This document shows, piece by piece, positions 12,620-25,041 of a stretch of 64,000 bases of DNA. The position numbers were made by a program, and so were the translations under genes. Positions within the stretch are counted from its first letter, which is position 1. Each line of letters opens with the position of its first letter. The stretch lies in assembly GCA_964247055.1 (NCBI GenBank), contig OZ176053.1, positions 10,168,001 to 10,232,000 of the forward strand. Reading direction: 5' to 3'. Below the pieces are notes generated by a model. The model saw nothing but the letters and a program-made list of their open reading frames with translations. It was not told where the DNA came from and did not search any database. The DNA is from Paragordius varius. Lineage: Eukaryota; Animalia; Nematomorpha.

Positions 12620-13703
12620 TCTATATATTTATAAAAATGGAAAATGCTGGCTTTGTGATCTGGTACAGGAAAACCGGTAGACCCAATCAAATCCAAATAT
12701 CGAAAAAATATAATCATTAATGAATGCCCCGACAATAGCTTCGCCCTTTTTTTGAAATAGGCCCCCAGTTTGGGCCCACCCCGTATGAAAAACGGGTTTT
12801 TTTTGAAAACAGAAGTCCACAAAATCGTGTTTTTGAGACAATTTTCCGGAGAACGTGTTGGACCATTCAATTTCAAATATAATTTTTGTTTACTTATTTT
12901 CGATTGCGCTGAACATAGCCGAGCCACTTTTTTGATTTAGGCCCTCTTTTTACCCGCTCCCCCCGTGAAATGCCACCTTTTTCAAAAAACAAAGTCCACA
13001 AAAATAATTTTTTAAATCGATTTTTCGCCCTAGGTATGAGACCGTAAAAATTCAATAAAGATTCCACGTATTCCCTGTTAAAAGGCAAAAATTTTAGTCC
13101 ACCGTTTATTTGATGATAGCTGCTGGGTAAGGAGCTACCTGCTAAAAACTGATTTTTCATATAACTTTGTGATCTGTTTCCGGAAAACCGGTGATCCCAA
13201 TCAAATCCAAACATCGAAAAAATTTAATCATTAATGAATGCCCCGACAATAGCTTCGCCCTTTTTTGGAATTAGGTCCCCAGTTTGGGCCCACCCCGTGT
13301 GAAAAATGGGTTAAGTCAATTTTTTGGAGAACGTGTTGGACCATTCAATTTCAAATATGATTTTTGTTTACTTATTTTCGATTGCGCCGAACATAGTCGA
13401 GTCACTTTTTTGATTTAGGCCCTCTTTTTACCCGCTACCCCCGTAAAATGCCATTTTTTTCAAAAAAAAACAAAGTCCACAAAAATATTTTTTTGATTGT
13501 ATTTTTTTGTCCACGGTATGAGACTGTAAAAATTCGAGAAAGATTTTTCGTATTGCCTGTTAAAAGGCAAAAATTTTAGTCAAGCGTTTCCTTGATGATA
13601 GATGCTGAGTAAGGAGTATCTATCATATGTATAGCATTCGAACCCCCCCCCAGAAGTCCGAAGGACTTCCTCGGGCTGCGTAGCAGCACGAGATTCACGC
13701 TAG
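12620..13703 (+). mobile_element. Non-autonomous Helitron with an internal ~514-bp tandem duplication
   Basis: A|TCTATATATTTATAAAAATGG 5' end; 3' end has hairpin GCTGC-GTA-GCAGC (13675-13687) 12 nt before CTAG|T (13700-13704); internal units start at 12651 and 13165. ORFs 12616-13214 are spurious. Confidence 0.85.
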
Positions 13704-14069
13704 TATAATTATATATTTAAAATAATATTATTGCAATATGAAAATACTGAATAGTAAATAAAAATTTGAAATGATTTTGGACATTTTCCCCGTAAGACTA
13801 CTTGTATATCTCCAAATCCTTTTATACGAATTAGAATAAACCTAAAGCTAATCTTATCATTTGGGTGTTTCAGTTCTACCCCTATTTTATTTATAACGTT
13901 ATTGAATCGGTGCGTAAGAGATAAGTAAACCAATTTTTATCGAACATAGGGGAGGTTTTCTACCCTGTTTATATTATAGTAAACAATCCCCTGTTTTAAA
14001 AGTTGTTCTGATATTGTAATCAAACATTGTTCTGCTGTATTTTAAAATAAGCTAATATTTTTTTGCTAT

Positions 14070-14386
14070 GAGGGTGCCGAATCGGGGTAGTTCCGAAATT
14101 ACAATCGAGACAAACCGATTTTAAAATTAATCGAGAATTTGCGGATAAAATGTAATCTGAAAGCTTTTTAAGGTTAACTATTTACATTTTTACCATAATA
14201 TACATTTATTTTCCTGTTGTATTAGCGATAATAAAATAATAGGGGCAAAAAAATTTCTAATTTTTTTTAAGCAGCGCCTAAAGGCTAAAGAATCCCTACT
14301 TTTAAATTTTACCCAATATAAATACTTTTTAAGATATTCGTATCATGGCTTTGTGATACAAAACTCTCTCAAAAGATAATGAAGTG
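14070..14386 (+). mobile_element. Partial piggyBac-type MITE, family B
   Basis: Ends aaaagataatgaagtg|TTAA (14387-14390); internal blocks (accataatatacatttatt, aaatactttt) shared with 5658-6090. Left boundary approximate. Confidence 0.6.
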
Positions 14387-14802
14387 TTAATATAACCATT
14401 ATGTCGCTTTTGTTAATAAAATGAAAATAACTTCCATTTTTTCCGAAAGATATAATATTAACTGATTTTTAACCCTTTTATATTTCCATACTATTACACC
14501 ACTAATATTCGTCAATAATAATGAAAAAAAGATAGGTACAATAAAAATTATCACACGTATTAGGTTAGCAATGTTATCAGAGAAAATAACAAAATAAAAC
14601 CATTTGTATCAAAACAACATACAGGCGAAAAATTATTCTGGAAAGAGATTCGGTACTATTAGGATTGAATTAATTACGGTTACCTATATTATCAATTCTA
14701 TACTCGGAACTAAGGCGAATAAAAGATATCTCAAAAAGAAAATTGTATATTTATTTACATATTAATTAAATGAATAGATTGTGTTCAAATTTATGACCGC
14801 CT

Positions 14803-15974
14803 TCAATCATCATCATCGAACACTATATGATTTTTAGGTTTGGGAAGAGACTCTTTTAAATCCATTCTTTTTCGTATATTTGCCTTATTATTTATATTAG
14901 TATCAATTTTTATTGTATTTGATACTTTGAGTTTTCGTTTTGCAGCCCAGGATGGGTGCAGGTTTTCATTTTCCTTGTTATCCATTTCAGTTTTTTGGAA
15001 GGGTGGCCTAGTTTTGCGAATATTATTATGGTTATTGGACATGTTACGCTCAATTTTATTTGCTTTGGGTAATCGAGAAAATGAATTTTCGTTTGAATTC
15101 CCAAAATTGTTTTTCTTCTTGGTTTTATTTTTGTACATGTTATCCTTTTGTACTTTTGAGAATTTGGCATCATAACGACTAGTAAGTGTGTCCATAAAGG
15201 CTGTTTGAAATTTCATGCCTTTGTTTTGAGATTCAACAAAGATGTCTTTCTTCTTAACTTCAGGGATTTTGACCACAGTATTATCACTGAAAAAAGGATC
15301 AAACTCTATGGCATTTGATTCGGTCAAAGCTTCGCTTTTGATATTAGATTTGGGTTCAAATGTTATGTATTCGGATTTTCCTTCGGATAAAAGCGTTTGC
15401 AGATTTAATTTTTGCACGGAATTGCTTTGTGATACATTTTTTTCGTTCAATGGAGGTTTGATTTTAACAAGTTCACATTGTGAAACAATTGGTTTTTCCA
15501 AAGTGGGTAACGATTTTTTGGTATTTGGTTTATTTTTTCTTAATACAATAGTGTCGTTGATTATCTTGTTAATGTTATCCAATGAGCATTTATGAAGCTG
15601 AATTAATGCATTTGCGTAATGGGTAAGTTTTTTACCACTGGCTAGATTATTTAACAAACTTTGTTCTGATATCTAAAATTTATATAAAAATTTACAATTT
15701 CATTCGGGACATATAGTTTTCTAAAAAAAAATAAAATAATATCGTCTGGTTTATATGTTTTTATTGTTTTAAGGCACTCCAAAAGCTTCAAAATTTTAGG
15801 ATTATCTATATTCCGCCTTAAATAATATATCATAATAAACTTTTTTAATCCTTTTATTCTGCTTATAATTTTGGCTGAGTATCTAATTTTCTCCATCTTA
15901 GCATATTTTCTTAATTTAATTTTGATGTCGTTTAAAACCGCCTTACTATTAGGTTGTGGATTTTCGTCACACAT
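14803..15974 (-). CDS. SRFBP1: Serum response factor-binding protein 1 / BUD22 family; 2 exons (15696-15974, 14803-15672) separated by a 23-nt intron
   Basis: N-terminal helical region (KLRKYAKMEKIRYSAKIISRIK...IKTYKPDDI), low-complexity middle, diagnostic C-terminal LHPSWAAKRK and ...HIVFDDDD end; the two ORFs join in frame via a GT-AG intron at 15673-15695. Confidence 0.88.
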
Positions 15975-16044
15975 GTGATAAAAACAATGCGTTCAAAATG
16001 AGTGATACACTAAATTCAATATATATCCATAATTTAAAGTTTGA

Positions 16045-16565
16045 CACTTCATTACCTTTTCACTATTAATTTTAAAATTGGGATAGTTTATATTTTAGAG
16101 ACCTGTAAATAAACTACAGTTTTAAAGGCTATTATAATTAAAATTCAATAATCAAAATTGTTCATTAGATAAAAAAAGCTTATATTATTTATGTTTTGTG
16201 AACTCTAGAGTCTAAAATTGGGATAGCTCAAAAACATTGAAACAGGCAGATTAAAAAAGTAATCAAGTTGTTGCTTGTAAAATAGAGCCTATAAGCTTTT
16301 GTTAATTATGTCCAATTTCTAACTATAATATAAATGTGTTTTGGCCGATACATTGGCAATTTCAAAAAAAATCGGAAAAAATGCGATAAAAAAGATTTAG
16401 ATAAAAAATTTTCTATAATTTTTTATTTTTTATAAAAAAAAAGTTTGTATAATAAGCATAGAAGGCTAAATTATTTTTAAATTTAGTTTAATACCTTAAA
16501 TATTTTTTTAAGATATTTAAATTTACGTTCTGGGATATGAAACTACCCCAAAAAGTAATGGAATG
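16045..16565 (+). mobile_element. piggyBac-type MITE, family B, 70 bp upstream of the SRFBP1 start codon
   Basis: ttga|CACTTCATTACCTTTT ... aaaagtaatggaatg|TTAA; terminal inverted repeats plus the subterminal GGGATA/TATCCC motif. Confidence 0.75.
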
Positions 16566-16996
16566 TTAATAGAGCTTGTGTAATTCCTGTTTTAATATTT
16601 TATTAACATAATAAATTACTGGCGAAAAATTGAATTATACAGAGAAAATGTAAAATAAAGACAAATTTTTTTTTCAAAATATTACTATAATTTTTTTACA
16701 AATTAATGTTCTATATTATAAACTAGATAATAGTGATATAAATCAATAGCACATTTTAATTATAATAATTACATTATATGATATCACTCTTTCAGCGGTC
16801 AAGCGTAAATTATTAGTAAATTATTTCGCCATAGAATCCCTATGGCGTCCTTACGTTTTAGGTTCAGTTGTGATGTTCCTCTTACTCGCGTTTTAGGGTG
16901 CCTCTTCCACTCCTACCTTTCACAATATACTCATCAATCTATTTACCAATGTAGTTATTCTCTTTTCGTTCAACATGTCCAAACCATCTAAGATAA

Positions 16997-17718
16997 CACT
17001 GTGACACAACTTTTTCTGGACTCGATTTTCTAAATATTTTCTGATTATAGTATTGTGATCAGATTTGCGTAAAAAATTTTTTACTTACCCAGCTCGTTTT
17101 CGAGATATGGGACTTTTTCCATATTTGGACATATCCAAAATATTCTTGTTTGTAAATATTTTTCGCTATGTAAACAAATAATATGTGGCTTACATAAGTA
17201 TTTTTACAAGAAATTACCAATTTATCTTCAAAATAAAAAAAATTTACTCAAAATATCCAATACTTTTTGTTTTAGGGGGCAAAAACCCTCAAAAATTGGG
17301 TAACTTAACATTTTTGCACACAAATATTTTTTATCAATTTATTAAATCAAAACAAACTTTATTATATGCTCTTGGATGTTAATGATGTTTGTTTAAGTAT
17401 AAATATCACTTTGTAATAGCTTTGTGGACTTTTACTTTAAAAAATAAATTTAATTTTTACAGCTTTTTTGCTGTTTTTTTATGTAAAAAATGATTTAATA
17501 TACTCAGCTGTATATACTGATTTCATTTTTTCATCTGAAATTTTTAAATTTTGACCATATATGGTGTCAGATATGATGATTCGTTTGCTTCATTTTTAAA
17601 TATTTTAAAATAATATGAAATGGACAATGATTCTTATATAAATTTGTAATTGAATTCTGAATCGGAAAAATCGTTTGTCTTTTGGATAAGAGAAACACAC
17701 CTTGATACCATCAAATAC

Positions 17719-17761
<43 letters not shown>

Positions 17762-19918
17762 TTTAGGGATATGGATGATTCCCTCTTTGTCAAGAGTGCA
17801 ATCTAAAGAAGCTTATTACCCTGTTGAAGTTTTAAGATACTCCGAAATGAATTCTTTTTTAATTAAAGTTGAATCACCCAAAAATTTCAGTTGTTTAGGG
17901 AACAGTACGTATGCCACAGGGAAATCAAAGGAAAGCACCCTCATATACTAAATTATATTTTTAATAATTTTAACCATATATTCTTATAAATTTTATTTGG
18001 GTTATCGTCTCTTCGGTTAAATTATTGTTTTTTGTCGTTAACGTTTCCTTTAATTTAAACTATTGTCGCTTATCAACAACTCTAATCAAACCTTTGTTTT
18101 TTGCTGATATGTGTTTATTTTTAAACATAAATTTAAGTTAAGGATATTTTACCCCAGCCTGTTGGGATCTATATTTAAGTGATTGGTTTATTCTACCTAG
18201 GCAATGTATGACATCGCTCAAGTATTTAAAATTATTTACCAATTCGATTTTGGCGTCTGCCATATAAAAGTATTTTATTGATTTCTTTCATACATTCTTA
18301 TAAAAACAATATATCGATCAGGTAGTTATATTACCATGACAAAGTACCCAATCGCAACAATTTGTGTATCACATCAGCTAATAGTAGCTTTCAATATGGA
18401 CGACTGTGCAGAGAAAATTGGATATGCCATATCTTATCAAAAACGTTTAAATAAAAAATAATACCATTAATAAATGATTTCATCATAATATATTGAACTA
18501 TATGCAAATCCTAATTATAATCAGTTATTAGAGTGAATATTTAGAATATATTTTGGTGTACAGATGTTAAGACGGATAATCTAATCTAGACTTTAAATAA
18601 AGTAAATTAGGTGTAGACAAAATAAAATAATAATTTATTTATTCATATATATATAATCGCAAATTAAATTTATATTGTTTCGATACGTTTTTTCGAAGGG
18701 TTTTTTAAAAATACCGTTTTGAGAGATGCAATTTTTTGATTAGGGATATCACCTCAGTGCCACTTAATTTATTAGTGTCCTTTATATCTTGATGATAAAA
18801 TTCCAAATCAGTATCATCCATCATATCAAATAAATCGATATGAATGGTTGGAGATGAAGGTACGGGAAGGTCAATGGAATGATAAACAGGACGAATTGCA
18901 CAGGAAAAGTTTGGATATTCGATAGGTTTTTTGTTTTTTTTGGTAATGTTAATAAGAAATGGTTTTGGAACTGCACAAAAGTAACATTCAAAATGAGATT
19001 TTGGCTCTCGCCATATCATAGGGATACCCCAAGGGAGTCCAGGTCCGGTTTTGTGGTACCATGCTCCTAAACTAATGCTACATGTCCGAAATACGGTGTT
19101 CGGGGCCTAAATCTAGGTTCGCCATAATATAAAAAAATAGTTTTTTATGTAAGTGGTAATGTTTATACTATTAGTTTTTTGTGTATTGTCCACATATATG
19201 GCAAACAATATTTTTATCTATCCTAAAATTATAAATATATATATATATATATACTTGGGTAGTAATTATATTTTTTGTACATTTTGGGCATATAATAATA
19301 TTTCTTGATGAAAAAACTGATATGGAGTATATTTAAGTGTGGAAAATATTTAAAAATATCATATGAAATAAAGAATATATTATATGCAGCTGAGTAAAAT
19401 TTAGCTTTTTTTACATAAAAAAAACAGCAAAAAAGATGTAAAAATTAAATTTATTTTTATAAATAAAAGTCCACAAAGCTATTACAAAGTGATATTTATA
19501 CTTAAACAAACATCATTAACATCCAAGAACATATAATAAAGTTTGTTTTGATTTAATAAATTGATAAAAAATATTTGTGTGAAAAAATGTTAAGTTACCC
19601 AATTTTTGAGGGTTTTTGCCCCCTAAAACAAAAAGTATTGGATATTTTGAGTAAATTTTTTTTTATTTTGAAGATAAATTGGTAATTTCTCGTAAAAATA
19701 CTTATGTAAGCCACATATTATTTGTTTACATAGCGAAAAATATTTACAAACAAGAAAGTTTTGGATATGTCCAAATATGGAAAAAGTCCCATATCTCGAA
19801 AACGAGCTGGGTAAGTAAAAAAATTTTTTACGCAAATCTGATCACAATACTATAAGGAATCAGAAAATATTTAGAAAATTGAGTCCAGAAAATTGACCCC
19901 ATATTTTGTTGCAAAGTG
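16997..19918 (-). mobile_element. Chapaev3-like (CMC superfamily) DNA transposon, internally deleted/decayed, ~500-bp TIRs
   Basis: Termini CAC...GTG with TAA on both flanks (16994-16996, 19919-19921); highly similar inverted arms ~17012-17515 and ~19383-19892; transposase N-terminal remnant on minus strand (IVCHICGQYT...TCSISLGAW...LPWGIPMIWREPKSHFECYFC...IEYPNFSCAIRPVYHSIDLPVP...LSGTEVISLIKKLHLSK). Confidence 0.85.
17721..17760. repeat. (TA)n microsatellite
   Basis: Pure TA run inside the Chapaev element. Confidence 0.95.
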
Positions 19919-20919
19919 TAATTTAACATCATCTTTTGCGTTATCGGTTTGAGTTCCGTACTTCCTCTAATCTATACATTCCTCACTTTTCTTTCCCCAG
20001 CACATTAATCTATGCATTCTGATTTCAGGAACCTCAAAGTGCTTCTCTTCTTATTTCTTTAATGTAACACACTTCAATTATACCAAATGTATAAGATATT
20101 ACCCGTTTAAATAAGAGGAGAAGTCAGTGAGAGGTACGCAGATTAATTTATTACAGACCCCATTTTGTCATTAAATGACAAACACACACAATTGGGTTGG
20201 CATCTTAATTTTATTATCATTAATAGAAAAGACTGCTAAAAGCCGCAGTTTGCTGAAAGAGAGATAGAGTAAAAACGTGTATCGATAACCACAAGTAAAA
20301 CATGGTTTCAAAACATTAATAGATGGGATTTTATATGAAAGCGTATGGGGCTCTTGTAATCCACACAACTGCTGAAACCCTAAAGTTTAAGGCGGATGAT
20401 GACCCAACTCAAATTAGTAAAAATTGGCGAAAGCATCACATGTATCACAAATGAATGTTTAAAATGTACAACCCTAAATACGATGAAAATATTTAGGTAT
20501 CGGTTTTGTAACGCCGTGGGGATGTATAGTACCGGCTGACGCAACATCTTCTCCAGGCTTGAATCGAACAATGACTGTAAATCCTTAATGACGATCTTTA
20601 AAACTTACCGAAAAAACTTCTATAACTGTGGCCAACTGAGATCTTGAAGCTGCACTGATGAACGCGATTACGATTATACCCCGAAAACCTCGATCACTTT
20701 TAAGCTCTTGACAACGAGGAAACGCACCAGAGTTACTAATCCTATCCCGTTGGAAACCAACGCAAAACTTCTATGCTATATGACGATGACATCGGAACCG
20801 CTGATATTTGAGGGCTGATTACCAATATTCAACTTTTATTTGAACCGGATACTTTGCTCCAGATTGAATGGTACTATTGCGAAGTCGGTAGTATTTTAAG
20901 GTTAATTCCCACTGCTGGA

Positions 20920-21197
20920 TAAGGTATACATTTTATTTTACAACGCTCTGTTAATGTCAGTTAGTATTGATGTAATTAAGGTATACATTTTATTTACAAC
21001 GCTTTGCTAATGTCAGTATTAATATAATTAAGGTATAAATTTTTATTTCACAACGCTCTGTTAATGTAAGTTAGTATTCATGTAATTAAGGTATAAATTA
21101 TATTTTACAACGCTTTGTTAATGTCAGTATTAATGTAATTAAGGTATAAATTTTTATTTTACAACGCTCTGTTAAAGTCAGTTAGTATTGATGTAAT
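20920..21197. repeat. Tandem array of five 52-58-bp units in ABABA order (dimeric higher-order repeat, ~110 bp)
   Basis: Units start 20920, 20977, 21029, 21087, 21140; A units carry ctctg and an extra ttag, B units carry ctttg and lack it. Confidence 0.92.
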
Positions 21198-21761
21198 ATA
21201 TACAACAAAATCTGTTAATGGTAAACACCTATACAGTTAGTTAAGAATATAGACTGCTTCCCACAGATATCCCACGAACAAAATGTATCACTGAATGTAT
21301 AAAGCATGCAAGACGCGACTCTGAGTAGACTATTAGCCAATTATTTTGGGACGACGTCCTGGAAAGCAATGTTGGAGCCGCTGATATTTGAGCAGGGCTG
21401 GTTACCAATCTCCGACATCTCTGTTGGTCGGAGTTGAGACTTAGCTCAGAGCAAGCTCAACGACCACTTATCCCGGGTTAGCGTCCCAGTTGAAGGTACA
21501 ACTGAAACATGGTCGCACGAAGGGGTAACGTTGACGCTTGTAATGTCTAATATCTCCAAATTGGTTTACCTAAAGGCCATACTCATTTAGAAGCAAAAGA
21601 AGACCCCCTTCCACACCAAAGATAAGAGCTTAAAATTAACTCTACGTTTGACCCGACATAGACCTTTGACATTACTTTCTGGAGTAATCAAACCCTGTTT
21701 GTACGGTTATTTAAACTTAAATATTGCTTTTACCTACCTAACAAGGCGAAATTAACATTTC

Positions 21762-21766
<5 letters not shown>

Positions 21767-21797
<31 letters not shown>
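21767..21797. repeat. (TA)n microsatellite
   Basis: Pure AT run. Confidence 0.95.
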
Positions 21798-21798
<1 letters not shown>

Positions 21799-23541
21799 CT
21801 TAATAACTATACTAACTCACATTAACACATCTAACATGGAGGCATATATTTATGCATGTAGATACTAACGTCAAACCCAACCTCCGATGTGTTTCCCCGC
21901 TCTGAAGCTCAATGCATTACGGGTGGGTAGGGATTGCCTTGACGGCAGGTGGCCGACGATCTTCCGACGCTACACCCTTTACTTGTTTACTTGTATCACA
22001 AATACAATCAGTATATGTCTACGAGGAACAAAAAAATCAATAATATCGGCAATGGGTCCCTACCCAAAAACGGAAATTCGTAAAGTAACTTGTAATTCTT
22101 ACTTTATGAAAAGAAATAACTTGTGCATCGAATTTGGACAGGTGATGAGAAATGAAGAAAGTCTTTGTTTTATATAAAATCGAGAAAATTATGGCTTTTA
22201 TTTTGCCACGATTTTTCAGCACTAACGCCAAATTTATCCATAAAAACTACCCTACTTTATGTCTGCCGTGACCAGAATATTTTGTATTTTAAACTTTTAA
22301 CCGGTGAAACCGTTAGGCAACGCTTTCGCCAATTAATTGATAAACGGTTTTTACATGAAAATGATCCGTCTCACACAGCTTAACCAGTGAAAGTTATCTT
22401 AAATCGATTTTATTATCCGTTTAATTCTTATGGCATCGTATGCCTAAATGGGGAGCATCATGGCAGGACAGATTTCAAATATTTATGTTCAATATAAATG
22501 ATCAAGCAAAAAACAGTTAAATAATATTTTAAGGTGATATAAATGTTTATTTCCGAATTATATAAAAAAGTGTTTTCATAATATCTTAGAGTGTTTTACC
22601 GTTTCCATCATGCTTAAAAATATCTTGTTGATGTCTTAATCTAACAAATTAATAATTCTAATTGGAAAATCTCGGCATTGTTTATAACTAGCCGATTTTA
22701 GAGTAGGCTAAATATTTGAATTCGGAATCATATAAAATTTAAATTTTATAAAAATATTGTTTTACTAATTAAATATATTATAAAATAATATTAATGATAT
22801 TTTTCGTATGAAGCATTTAGCTTTTACCAAATTTTTTTAAAATATTGTTTTTAACGTTTATACGATATAAGCAATCGGCAAAAAGTGAATATTTTTTTTA
22901 AATGACTTGTAAGGCATATAATCAAAACCAACAAAAGAATGCCGTTTTATTTTATCATAATCTTTTTCTGTGTGCAATGTGTTATTAGGGTATTTTTTAA
23001 TGCCCCATTTTGAGCATTGCAACGTCCAATTTATCTCAATAATTTTTTTATTTAAAAAATATTGGAGATATCTATCGATATTTTATATGGGGTGCCCAAC
23101 ACAAAGCGGCTATAGGGGCTGCTTCTACAAAATAATCCGGCGGGTCGTGGGCATTAAATATTTTATTAGATTTCCGACATAAAACTCTAAAAAATACAAG
23201 CACAATACAACTATTACATAATTTTTGCTGATTCATTGCCAAACTTTGCTTGGTTCTGAAATTCTTTAGAAATATTTTTATTAAGATTCATATTTTAATA
23301 AACAATATTTATCGAACATTTATTTTAAAGTATATAATCGCATATATTTAGTTTATTTTGAACATAGTTTAGCTTTATCTAAAAAAACAAACATATCCAT
23401 ATCTTTAACTAGTGCCAAAATCCATTTTCGCAGGTACAGTCACACAATTTGCCATATTAGCAATAATTAGATATTGTATTTATTTCAAATATAACATATA
23501 AATTTATATCATTGTTGCTATTTATTGATGTTTATTTTAAA

Positions 23542-25041
23542 ATGCGTGGATTAATTTTCTTGCCTATCATTTTTATCCATACAATTTCCTCTCAATATGG
23601 TTTTTTAACGCAATTGATTTTAATTATTTAAATCTAAGATTTATGAAATTAAATAATTACCTACTATAAATATTTAACGAAAATCAAAAATAATACTTTA
23701 TATTTATTTTTAGCTTGGAAGGAAAAAGCGGATGTAATTTTCCTCATTCAGGGAAACAATCAAATACGATACGAAAAATTTAATTGCATGAAGGAAATTA
23801 TACATGTAACTATTATAATCTATCCTATTTCAGTTTTGATTGATTAAAAATTGTAAGATATGCAACATATTTGAAGCAAGCGATAATACGTTTAAAAATT
23901 ACAGTTTAATGCATCCAGTGATATTAAAATCTTCTGCAAACAGTAAAATTGAAAACTGTAAAGTTCCATGTTTTATATTTTTATGAATCTCAAAAACTAA
24001 CCTTTAGATACAAATATTTTTTCCAATTATCGATCTTTATTATTGTTATTAAATTTTTTTTAATTTATGGTTCTATAGGGGTAATTTTTACAAAATTATA
24101 AACGATATTTATCATCACGTTTTCCGTTAGACACGACTCATATATGTAAATTATGAATACCCAATATGCGTAAACGGTACCACAGTCGGAATTATTGAAT
24201 ACGCAAATGTTCCACGAGTCATTCAAGATATGAGAACCGGAACGCGTATATCATCCATCAAAGCTAAGGTTGATAAGATGCTCCCGTTAAACAGTAAGTG
24301 AAAATTAATATGCCATTTACAGTTCAAATTCACCCTTGAACATTTAAATTCACCCTAAAATAAATTGTTTTTTTACGATTAAATAAATATTTTTAAAATA
24401 TTAAGCGTTTTATTTTGATGCTGAAAAAATAATGAACTATGTCGTAAAAATATATTTCATATTAATGATGAATTTTAGCCCAAAAACACTTTATTTTAGA
24501 GTGAATTTGAATTGTTCAAGGGGGAATTTGTATTGTTGGAGCTTGAACTCGAATTGTTTAAGCATGAATTTGAATTGTTAATGGTATTGGCATATGCTTT
24601 CAAATCATTATGGAGTAGATGTGGCATATTTTAATCAATTATCAAAATTTGTGTTTTCGTTCATTCAAACATACATCTAATATAGTACATTATAAAATCC
24701 GTATTTTTTCTACTAAATTTTAACTAGTCTAATTTATATTTGTTAAAATTTCTCATAGCATCGGATAATAAGTTGCAAAATGGAATATCTTGGGCCCTAA
24801 GCATGTATAAAAGAGTTGGTCGTCCTGAACACAAAAAATGGCTTTTTATCGTTTCAGATGGTAAATGGCCCAATACAACGTCCTTTCGCTTACTAAATAA
24901 TTACCAGGAAGAAAACCCTGATAACAGTAATATTATTGATTAATTTAATTTGTAGTCATCATATATTTTATAAAAGTATCTCTTTTGACTGGACTATTTT
25001 TATGGTTTAAGTTATTTTTGACTTTTTGTTGTGAAGAATAG
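23542..25041 (+). CDS. Secreted single vWA-like domain protein, paralog 2; exons 23542-23599, 23714-23805, 24131-24293, 24759-24926, 24956-(24975 or 25041); 3' end unresolved
   Basis: MRGLIFLPIIFIHTISSQY signal-like exon; KADVIFLIQG, GTTVGIIEY, ALSMYKRVGRPEHKKWLFIVSDGKWPN align exon by exon with paralog 1 at 10074, with the same phases. Confidence 0.72.
24313..24584. mobile_element. MITE with CCATTT termini and ~20-bp subterminal tandem repeats (family C)
   Basis: ccatttacagttcaaattcacccttgaaca... and ...atgaatttgaattgttaatgg|ta; same family as 57811-58118 and 62719-62992. Confidence 0.75.

Larger units (their letters stand above)
16827..20090 (-). mobile_element. 5'-truncated, decayed RTE-clade LINE remnant, split by the Chapaev insertion (pieces ~19922-20090 and 16827-16993)
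   Basis: Minus strand reads EKHFEVPEIRMHRLMC...KVRNV*IRGSTELKPITQKMMLN | YLRWFGHVERKEN...KGRSGRG; the frame rejoins once the 16997-19918 insert and one TAA are removed. Confidence 0.8.

Noticed and set aside
14840-15595. Plus-strand hydrophobic ORFs 14840-15175 and 15242-15595
   Set aside because: Antisense shadows of the Lys/Asn-rich SRFBP1 exon.
20920-21197. Regular repeat array as a possible CRISPR
   Set aside because: Units abut with no unique spacers, there are no cas genes, and the context is eukaryotic.
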